Assembly: GCF_001652585.1 (NCBI RefSeq) | Contig: NZ_LWLG01000009.1 | Location: forward strand, 30,001-62,000 | Direction: 5' to 3' | From: Thermosulfurimonas dismutans | GTDB taxonomy: Bacteria > Desulfobacterota > Thermodesulfobacteria > Thermodesulfobacteriales > Thermodesulfobacteriaceae | DNA length: 32,000 nt | Shown here: positions 26,831 to 32,000 of the stretch, one piece after another | How positions within the stretch are numbered: the first letter of the stretch is position 1 | How the letters are laid out: every line of letters begins with the position of its first letter | Made by a program: the position numbers and the translations under genes | The notes under the pieces: generated by a model | What the model saw: the letters and a program-made list of their open reading frames with translations, nothing else | Told to the model about the DNA's origin: nothing | Databases searched by the model: none

Positions 26831-28240
26831 ATGGCTCGAAAGAAAGACGAACTCAAGGAGCTCAAAGAAAATCTTACCCTAAAGCGCAAACCGGTATGGG
26901 ACCAGCTTAGCCAAAAGGAGAAAAAGGAGGCTGAGACCCTAGCCAGGGACTATCTGAAATTTCTCTCGCAGGCCAAGACCGAAAGAGAATGCGTGGAGGT
27001 GATGGTCGAACTTCTCAAAAAGCGGGGTTTTACAGAAGACCCTAGTCCTTACTGTTTTACAGTCTTCCGTGACAAGATGCTGGCCGTCATGGTGGCTGGC
27101 AAGAAGCCTCCTTACTATGGCTTGCGAATCATCGCCACCCATATCGACAGTCCCCGTCTGGACTTAAAGCTACATCCCCTTTATGAGGACCTAGACATGG
27201 CCTTTCTCAAAACTCACTACTACGGCGGCATCAAGAAATATCACTGGGTTGCCCGGCCGCTTGCCCTACACGGGGTAGTAGTCAAACCGGACGGCACCAG
27301 GGTCAAGATCGCAATCGGGGAAGATCCCAAAGACCCGGTCTTTACGATCTGTGACCTCCTTCCTCATTTGGCCCGCAAGACCCAGGGAGACAAAAAGCTC
27401 TCCGAAGCCATCCCTGGCGAGAAACTAAACGTCCTTGTAGGGGGTCTGCCTCTAGTGGGCCAAGAGGAAGACAAGGACCGGATAAAACTCTCCATTCTCA
27501 AACTCCTTAACGAAAAGTATGGCCTTACCGAAGAGGACTTTGTAAGTGCGGAGCTTGAGGTCGTGCCGGCGGGACCGGCGGTGGAAGTCGGACTTGATCG
27601 GGCCTTTATCGGGAGCTACGGACAGGACGATCGCATCTGCGCCTTTTCAGCCCTAGCGGCGGCACTAGCCCTCAAGGAACCGCTCTATTCCACCCTCCTG
27701 GTCTTCATGGACAAGGAAGAGATCGGCTCCGACGGCAACACCGGGGCCAAGAGCCGTTTTCTCGAAAAACTGGTCTATGATTACCTCAAGATGTACGGTG
27801 TCACGCCCGGTGGAGACACCGTGCTTGAGACCTTCCTTCGTTCCAAGGCCGTCTCCGGAGACGTAACCGCTGGTATGGATCCCCACTATATGGAAGTTCA
27901 CGAAAAACTCAATGACGCCCGGGTGGGTTACGGGGTGGTGCTCACCAAATACACCGGACACGGTGGAAAGTACATGGCCAATGACGCCCATGCAGAATAT
28001 ATGGCCTGGCTGAGACGCATTTTCTCCGAGGCTGGGGTGGTCTATCAGGCGGCCTCAATGGGCAAAGTGGACGAGGGGGGAGGCGGTACGGTGGCCAAAT
28101 ATCTGGCCTCTTACGGCCTAGACATCGTGGACCTGGGCCCGCCTATCCTTTCCATGCATTCGCCCTTTGAGGTAGCCCACAAGGCCGATCTTTACATGAC
28201 CTATCGGGCTTATCTGGCCTTTCTTTCTGCCGGAGACTAA
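26831..28240 (+). CDS. M18-family aminopeptidase (aminopeptidase 1 / aspartyl aminopeptidase-like)
   Basis: 469 aa. Motifs are IIATHIDSPRLDLK, YGQDDRICAF, DKEEIGSDG and SMHSPFE. SD GAGGAGGTG lies upstream. Confidence 0.9.
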   Translation: MARKKDELKELKENLTLKRKPVWDQLSQKEKKEAETLARDYLKFLSQAKTERECVEVMVELLKKRGFTEDPSPYCFTVFRDKMLAVMVAGKKPPYYGLRIIATHIDSPRLDLKLHPLYEDLDMAFLKTHYYGGIKKYHWVARPLALHGVVVKPDGTRVKIAIGEDPKDPVFTICDLLPHLARKTQGDKKLSEAIPGEKLNVLVGGLPLVGQEEDKDRIKLSILKLLNEKYGLTEEDFVSAELEVVPAGPAVEVGLDRAFIGSYGQDDRICAFSALAAALALKEPLYSTLLVFMDKEEIGSDGNTGAKSRFLEKLVYDYLKMYGVTPGGDTVLETFLRSKAVSGDVTAGMDPHYMEVHEKLNDARVGYGVVLTKYTGHGGKYMANDAHAEYMAWLRRIFSEAGVVYQAASMGKVDEGGGGTVAKYLASYGLDIVDLGPPILSMHSPFEVAHKADLYMTYRAYLAFLSAGD

Positions 28241-29016
28241 TGACGGAAACCATCCGGGAGGGAGACTTCATCCTACTTTTCACCCCGGAGGGGGGACATT
28301 ACCTCCTCCGGGCCGAAGATCGTATATTTCACACCCACCGGGACAGCGTGGCCCTCTCGGATTTCATCGGACGGCCCTTTGGTTCCGTGACCCGCGGCAA
28401 GAACGGCACCCCTTTTTATGCCGTAAGGCCCACCCTCCACGACCATATCATGAAGGTTCGTCGGGCCACGCAGATCATATATCCCAAGGAGATCGGGATC
28501 ATTTTGGTAAAGCTCGACGTTTCGCCTGGAAAAACCGTGGTAGAGTGCGGCACGGGTTCCGGAGCACTTACCCTGGCTCTCGCCCAAACCGTGGGGCCAG
28601 AAGGTCGAGTCATAACCTATGAACGGGAAGAGCGTTTTCAAAAACTTGCGCAGGGAAATCTCGAACGGGCCGGCCTCTTGGAAAGGGTAGTTTTCAAGGG
28701 TGAGGTCACAGAAGATGGGTTCGAAGAGAAAGAAGAGGCCGACGCCCTGTTTTTGGATGTACGGGAGCCTTGGGAGTTGTTGGCCGCAGCCTGGCAGGCT
28801 TTAAAGGGCGGAGCTCCGTTCGGGGCCCTAGTCCCCACCGTAAACCAAGTCTCACGCCTGCTTGAGGCCTTGGGCGAGCTACCCTTTATAGGTCTCGAGG
28901 TGCAAGAGATCCTTCAGCGGTTCTACAAAACCAATCCCGAAAGACTTCGCCCGGAGGATCGAATGGTGGCCCATACTGGCTATCTCATTTTCGCCCGCAA
29001 GGTCTTTGAACGATGA
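28240..29016 (+). CDS. trmI: tRNA (adenine58-N1)-methyltransferase (GCD14/TrmI family)
   Basis: 258 aa. Motifs are [31 protein letters not shown] and [10 protein letters not shown]. It overlaps the upstream stop as TAATG. Confidence 0.92.
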   Translation: MTETIREGDFILLFTPEGGHYLLRAEDRIFHTHRDSVALSDFIGRPFGSVTRGKNGTPFYAVRPTLHDHIMKVRRATQIIYPKEIGIILVKLDVSPGKTVVECGTGSGALTLALAQTVGPEGRVITYEREERFQKLAQGNLERAGLLERVVFKGEVTEDGFEEKEEADALFLDVREPWELLAAAWQALKGGAPFGALVPTVNQVSRLLEALGELPFIGLEVQEILQRFYKTNPERLRPEDRMVAHTGYLIFARKVFER

Positions 29017-30176
29017 AAACCTTTATCAAGCACAAACTCAGAAAGGCCCTTGCCTTACTCGGACTCCCAGAAAGGGAGTTCGGCCTTTATCTGGTAAGGG
29101 ATGCCGAAATAACAGAGGTCAATTTCCAATACCTTGGCCGTCCTTATCCTACTAACGTAATTTCTTTTTCTTATTGGGAAGGTCAAAGACCACCTGAAAT
29201 TCCTTACCTTGGCGACATCTTTATCTCCCTAGAGACTGCGGAAAGAGAGGCCAAAGAATATGATCTTCCTCTAAGGCCTTACGTTTTATCCTTAGCTCTG
29301 CATGGTCTCTTACATCTTTTAGGATATGAACACGAGAAAGGAAAATATGCTCCCTATCGCATGGCCCAAAAAGAGGCCGAACTCCTTGAAAAACTCCTTC
29401 CCAGGGGGCATAAAAAGGTGGTTAATTTCATAAGAAGGAGGGAATATATGCCGGCTAAACTCGCGGTAAACGTAGATCACGTGGCCACGGTAAGGGAAGC
29501 CCGCAAAGTACACTATCCAGACCCCGTACATGCGGCGGTCCTCGCCGAACTTGGTGGAGCCCAAGGCATCGTGGTTCATCTCCGAGGTGATCGCCGTCAT
29601 ATTCAGGAAAGAGATGTGAGACTCCTTCGGGAAGTCATAAAGACCAAACTTATACTTGAGATGGCCCCCACGGAGGAAATGATTGACTTTGCCCTTGAGG
29701 TCAAGCCGGACCAGGTAACGCTGGTTCCGGAAAGACGCATGGAGATCACCACCGAGGGGGGTATGGCTGTAAAGGGACGGGTCAAGAAGGTAAAAGAGGT
29801 AGTTGAACAGTTAAAGGAAGGGGGTATCGCCAAGGTAAGCATCTTCATCAATCCTGATCCTATCCAGCTCAAGGCCGCGGCCAAAACCGGAGCCGACGTG
29901 GTGGAACTGCACACCGGCCATTACGCCGAGGCCCAAGGCAAGGAGGAATTAGAAAAAGAGCTCTCACGACTTGAAGAAGCCGCCCGGGTAGCCAAGGACC
30001 TCGGCTTCGAGGTCCATGCCGGACATGGCTTAGCTTACGAAAACGTAGAACCCGTGGCCGCCATCCCAGAGATTGAGGAGTTCAGTATCGGTCACGCCAT
30101 CGTAGCCCGGGCCCTCATGGTAGGCATGAAGGAAGCCGTCCGAGAGATGCTTACCCTCATAGAAAAGGCCCGCTAA
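29013..30176 (+). CDS. ybeY-pdxJ: single ORF fusing the YbeY endoribonuclease domain (aa 1-~130) to full-length pyridoxine 5'-phosphate synthase PdxJ (aa 146-387)
   Basis: The YbeY part has PTNVISFSY and the zinc site [12 protein letters not shown]. The PdxJ part has [39 protein letters not shown] and HAGHGL. There is no in-frame stop between the two domains. Confidence 0.8.
   Translation: MKTFIKHKLRKALALLGLPEREFGLYLVRDAEITEVNFQYLGRPYPTNVISFSYWEGQRPPEIPYLGDIFISLETAEREAKEYDLPLRPYVLSLALHGLLHLLGYEHEKGKYAPYRMAQKEAELLEKLLPRGHKKVVNFIRRREYMPAKLAVNVDHVATVREARKVHYPDPVHAAVLAELGGAQGIVVHLRGDRRHIQERDVRLLREVIKTKLILEMAPTEEMIDFALEVKPDQVTLVPERRMEITTEGGMAVKGRVKKVKEVVEQLKEGGIAKVSIFINPDPIQLKAAAKTGADVVELHTGHYAEAQGKEELEKELSRLEEAARVAKDLGFEVHAGHGLAYENVEPVAAIPEIEEFSIGHAIVARALMVGMKEAVREMLTLIEKAR
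29448..30176 (+). CDS. pdxJ: pyridoxine 5'-phosphate synthase from an internal in-frame start
   Basis: ATG 29448 is preceded by a strong SD, AAGGAGGG (29435..29442, 6 nt from GGAGG to the ATG). The product [11 protein letters not shown]... is a normal full-length 242 aa PdxJ. Confidence 0.6.
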   Translation: MPAKLAVNVDHVATVREARKVHYPDPVHAAVLAELGGAQGIVVHLRGDRRHIQERDVRLLREVIKTKLILEMAPTEEMIDFALEVKPDQVTLVPERRMEITTEGGMAVKGRVKKVKEVVEQLKEGGIAKVSIFINPDPIQLKAAAKTGADVVELHTGHYAEAQGKEELEKELSRLEEAARVAKDLGFEVHAGHGLAYENVEPVAAIPEIEEFSIGHAIVARALMVGMKEAVREMLTLIEKAR

Positions 30177-30184
30177 ACATAAAA

Positions 30185-30214
30185 GGGCGGCCACGAAGGC
30201 CGCCTTTAATTTTT
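30185..30214. terminator. bidirectional rho-independent terminator between convergent pdxJ and the small basic ORF
   Basis: A perfect 7 bp GC stem, GGCGGCC (30186..30192) / GGCCGCC (30198..30204), has a 5 nt loop. It is flanked by AAAAG on the left and TTTAATTTTT on the right. Confidence 0.8.
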
Positions 30215-30238
30215 CAATTGATATAAATAGAAACTTAT

Positions 30239-30451
30239 TTAAGAAATTTTGGCTTTTTCGAGGCGTTTTAATGCTTCTTCAAGGCTCATGATACCTTTGG
30301 CTACGGCGTAGGCCACATAAGGATAAACCCGCGGATCATAGCCCTCTGGACGCGGGAAAAGTCCCTTGGCCCGCAGTTTGGCAAGTTTAGCCCTTCTTCT
30401 GCGCCGGCGTTCAATTTCCCTCTTCCGCTCGATCTTTTTATGTCTTGCCAT
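30239..30451 (-). CDS. hypothetical small, extremely basic protein (70 aa)
   Basis: MARHKKIERKREIERRRRRRAKLAKLRAKG... has 16 of the first 30 residues as K/R. The C-terminal half is globular-looking. A good SD (GGTGAGGA) lies 7 nt upstream, with its own promoter and terminator. Confidence 0.6.
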   Translation of the reverse strand: MARHKKIERKREIERRRRRRAKLAKLRAKGLFPRPEGYDPRVYPYVAYAVAKGIMSLEEALKRLEKAKIS

Positions 30452-30468
30452 AGCCTTATCCTCACCCC

Positions 30469-30520
30469 TTGATTTTCGAGTTCGGCTCTTTTATATAAAG
30501 GCTACTTCCTCTTTCGTCAA
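30469..30520. promoter_or_regulatory. bidirectional promoter: two sigma70-type promoters sharing one palindromic -10 box
   Basis: + strand: TTGATT (30469..30474), N17, TATATA (30492..30497). - strand: TTGACG (30520..30515), N17, TATATA (30497..30492). Both spacers are exactly 17 nt. Confidence 0.55.
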
Positions 30521-30552
30521 GGAATCTTATAATTTTGTTAAGAGGCGGAACG

Positions 30553-30795
30553 ATGCAGTGTGCACGGCTTAAAAGCTTAGCGCGAGAGTGGTTCCAGAAG
30601 GTAAGAGAGGATGCCCTGGCCCCAGCCAGAATGATGGAGTTCATCCATCGTCATATCCGGGGTTGTCCCATATGCCAGAATGACCCGGATCTTCCCCAAG
30701 AAGTAGAAAAGATTCGGGAATTCATTCGGGCCCCGGAAGTCATACCCACCGTTACGGAGATTTCAGAAGAACCCGAAGAAGAGGCCCTTGTCTAA
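30553..30795 (+). CDS. hypothetical small protein with zf-HC2 / ZAS-like H-x3-C-x2-C motif (80 aa)
   Basis: ATG 30553 is preceded by GAGG at 7 nt, and I prefer it to the TTG at 30535. The sequence is MQCARLKS...HRHIRGCPICQ followed by an acidic tail EISEEPEEEALV. There is no TM segment. Confidence 0.55.
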   Translation: MQCARLKSLAREWFQKVREDALAPARMMEFIHRHIRGCPICQNDPDLPQEVEKIREFIRAPEVIPTVTEISEEPEEEALV

Positions 30796-30818
30796 TCGGT
30801 AATTTAGGGCAATATAAT
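30788..30818 (+). promoter_or_regulatory. candidate promoter of the tRNA cluster
   Basis: A perfect TATAAT at 30813..30818 ends 9 nt before the mature tRNA 5' end (30828). The candidate -35 TTGTCT at 30788..30793 has a long 19 nt spacer. Confidence 0.45.
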
Positions 30819-30827
30819 TAGGGAAGT

Positions 30828-30904
30828 GCCCCCGTAGCTCAATCGGATAGAGCAGCGGCCTTCTAAGCCGTTGGTTGGGGGTTCGAGTCCTCCCGGGGGC
30901 ACCA
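30828..30904 (+). tRNA. tRNA-Arg (anticodon TCT)
   Basis: Manual cloverleaf: acceptor GCCCCCG/CGGGGGC, D arm GCTC-AATCGGATA-GAGC, anticodon arm GCGGC-CTTCTAA-GCCGT, T arm GGGGG-TTCGAGT-CCTCC. The 3' CCA is encoded. Confidence 0.93.
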
Positions 30905-30927
30905 GGATAGTAGTATAAGTCAAGACC

Positions 30928-31012
30928 GCGGGAGTGGCGGAATTGGTAGACGCTCCGGACTTAGGATCCGGTGGGGCTATTCCCCGTGGGGGTTCAAGTC
31001 CCCCCTCCCGCA
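30928..31012 (+). tRNA. tRNA-Leu (anticodon TAG)
   Basis: Manual cloverleaf: acceptor GCGGGAG/CTCCCGC, anticodon arm CCGGA-CTTAGGA-TCCGG, a long variable arm (GGGGCTATTCCCC) and T arm GGGGG-TTCAAGT-CCCCC. The discriminator is A and no CCA is encoded. Confidence 0.93.
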
Positions 31013-31024
31013 CTTAAAGTTTGT

Positions 31025-31101
31025 GCGCCCGTAGCTCAACTGGATAGAGCGTCGGACTTCGGATCCGATGGTTGGGGGTTCGACTCCTCCCGGGCGCGCC
31101 A
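31025..31101 (+). tRNA. tRNA-Arg (anticodon TCG)
   Basis: Manual cloverleaf: acceptor GCGCCCG/CGGGCGC, D arm GCTC-AACTGGATA-GAGC, anticodon arm TCGGA-CTTCGGA-TCCGA, T arm GGGGG-TTCGACT-CCTCC. The 3' CCA is encoded. Confidence 0.93.
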
Positions 31102-31102
31102 G

Positions 31103-31576
31103 TTAAAACAGGTGCTTGAAGGTACTCGCTCCCTTAACCTGTACAGGCTTACATTCCCCAATATTAGAAGCGGCGCTACAGGAAAGTCGCCATTCTATTT
31201 CCCAGTTTGCGTCCGTGGTATTATTTTTCACTTGGAGGGTGTAGTTATCTTTATTGGCATCGCTGCAGCCCGGAGAAAGGACCGTAATGTAAAACTTGCG
31301 CCGGTCATCCTTATCCGAATTCAGCCAATATTTATTGTCGGCTGAACCATCATCAAAGCCCGCAAGATCCTCTATACGGCAGGCATATTCATCGTGATCG
31401 GCGTAGTATTCTTCCTGGGCCAATTTGGCAGCCATAAGTACGGATACCGGATCCACTTCAAAGGCCGAACGAAAATAGTGGCGATAAATAGAAAAGGATA
31501 CCGAAGCCAGGATGGCCAGAATAGCCACCACAATTACGACCTCCACAAGGGTAAAAGCCTGAAGTCTTGGCTTCAT
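31103..31576 (-). CDS. type IV pilin / pseudopilin with class III signal peptide (Ala at -1)
   Basis: 157 aa. MKPRLQA|FTLVEVVIVVAILAILASV has a short basic leader, F+1, E+5 and a hydrophobic alpha1-N helix. There are four Cys, including a C-terminal SCSAASNIGEC loop. SD GAGGAG lies 8 nt upstream. Confidence 0.88.
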   Translation of the reverse strand: MKPRLQAFTLVEVVIVVAILAILASVSFSIYRHYFRSAFEVDPVSVLMAAKLAQEEYYADHDEYACRIEDLAGFDDGSADNKYWLNSDKDDRRKFYITVLSPGCSDANKDNYTLQVKNNTTDANWEIEWRLSCSAASNIGECKPVQVKGASTFKHLF

Positions 31577-31639
31577 AATATTTTCTCCTCTGGCATGTAT
31601 CTTTCCACAAGAACAAGACTAAACTAAATTACACGATAA

Positions 31640-31664
31640 AAACTACAGGGTAGTTTATTTTTAA
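31640..31664. terminator. weak AT-rich hairpin with flanking A/T tracts upstream of the pilin gene
   Basis: AAACTAC (31640..31646), AGG loop, GTAGTTT (31650..31656). ATAAA precedes it and ATTTTTAA follows. It could insulate the pilin gene from transcription in either direction. Confidence 0.3.
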
Positions 31665-31843
31665 CGTCGACGGCAAAAACGCTATAGTAGCGGGACGGGA
31701 AGAAAAGATTTGCACCAGGAGTGGTAATTACAAGACTGCTTACGGTGTCGTTCGTCAGATGGAGACCGAAAAGAAACCGATTAACTATGTTAGGAGTGAA
31801 GCTTTCCCTAGACAGGAATATTTCCATTTTTGTTCACCATATA

Positions 31844-31909
31844 TTCAAGCCAGGGCCTGCGTTCACTAGGCCCTGGCTTGAACGATCAAATCGTTTGTTT
31901 TAGTTTTAG
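31844..31909 (+). terminator. tandem hairpins with T-rich tail (strong 14 bp stem, then a 6 bp stem)
   Basis: TTCAAGCCAGGGCC (31844..31857) pairs perfectly with GGCCCTGGCTTGAA (31869..31882) across an 11 nt loop. Then AACGAT-CAA-ATCGTT (31881..31895) is followed by TGTTTTAGTTTTAG. Confidence 0.45.
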
Positions 31910-32000
31910 CTCCAAAAATCGTTGCTACCGCCACCAAGGTAAGCACTATAGCTATAAGCGTTATATGGTACCCTTCTTTATTTGTTCGCAATACATATCA

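Noticed and set aside
30804-31345. ORFs 30804..31013 (-) and 30971..31345 (+) in the ORF track.
   Set aside because: They run straight through the three tRNA genes and, for the + ORF, antisense through the pilin gene. The tRNA cloverleaves explain the sequence.
31592-31607. Sigma54-like -24/-12 element on the minus strand upstream of the pilin gene (TGGAAAG-N4-ATGCC versus consensus TGGCACG-N4-TTGCW).
   Set aside because: The GG/GC spacing is right and pilins are often sigma54-dependent. However, the GC dinucleotide lies only 16 nt from the ATG. Transcription would start downstream of the GAGGAG Shine-Dalgarno, and several consensus positions are mismatched. It is probably fortuitous.
31624-31903. 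ORFs 31624..31827 (-, 67 aa) and 31721..31903 (+, 60 aa) in the region upstream of the pilin gene.
   Set aside because: Neither has a convincing SD. The + ORF reads straight through the 14 bp perfect hairpin, and the - ORF ends inside another hairpin. Composition and codon choice differ from the rest of the window, so I treat the region as non-coding. The - ORF cannot be fully excluded.
1-32000. Window-wide look for CRISPR repeats, IS elements or transposases, integrases, restriction-modification genes, toxin-antitoxin pairs, retron or reverse transcriptase genes, and known defence genes.
   Set aside because: I noticed no periodic direct repeats and no long terminal inverted repeats. No ORF carries DDE, tyrosine or serine recombinase, RT, nuclease-helicase or methyltransferase (other than tRNA methyltransferase) signatures. 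This was inspection by eye, so short or degenerate repeats could have been missed.

Overview
This is a 32 kb stretch of a bacterial chromosome at roughly 50% GC. The proteins are rich in Glu, Lys and Arg and the genes are tightly packed and often overlap. That suggests a thermophile, possibly of the Thermodesulfobacteria or Aquificae type, but this is a compositional guess, not a database result. I support 34 protein-coding genes, 3 tRNAs and a few regulatory elements.

Most of the window is core metabolism and translation:
- serA with a class V aminotransferase
- gpsA, trmB, guaA, pth, rplY, prs and ispE
- an M18 aminopeptidase, trmI, and a ybeY-pdxJ fusion

The accessory or system-like content is as follows:
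1. An eight-gene MSHA-like type IV pilus / T2SS-like assembly operon at 5828..14071. It has no pilin and no prepilin peptidase, and three of its components are recognisable only by membrane topology.
2. A lone type IV pilin at 31103..31576. It has Ala instead of Gly at the cleavage site and sits directly against a tRNA-Arg/Leu/Arg cluster.
3. About 420 bp of lower-GC, hairpin-dense non-coding DNA running to the right edge.
4. A divergent pair of tiny genes, one for a 70 aa hyper-basic protein and one for an 80 aa protein with an HxxxCxxC zinc motif. Their two predicted promoters share a single palindromic TATATA -10 box.
5. A DsbC-like / AMMECR1 / M23 peptidase / bactofilin operon.
6. An operon that begins with a variant HAD-fold protein and three proteases.

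I saw no CRISPR array, transposase, integrase, restriction-modification system, toxin-antitoxin pair or recognisable defence system. I cannot point to a clearly novel multi-gene system. The candidates above are the places I would look, and all homology statements come from motif recognition by eye.
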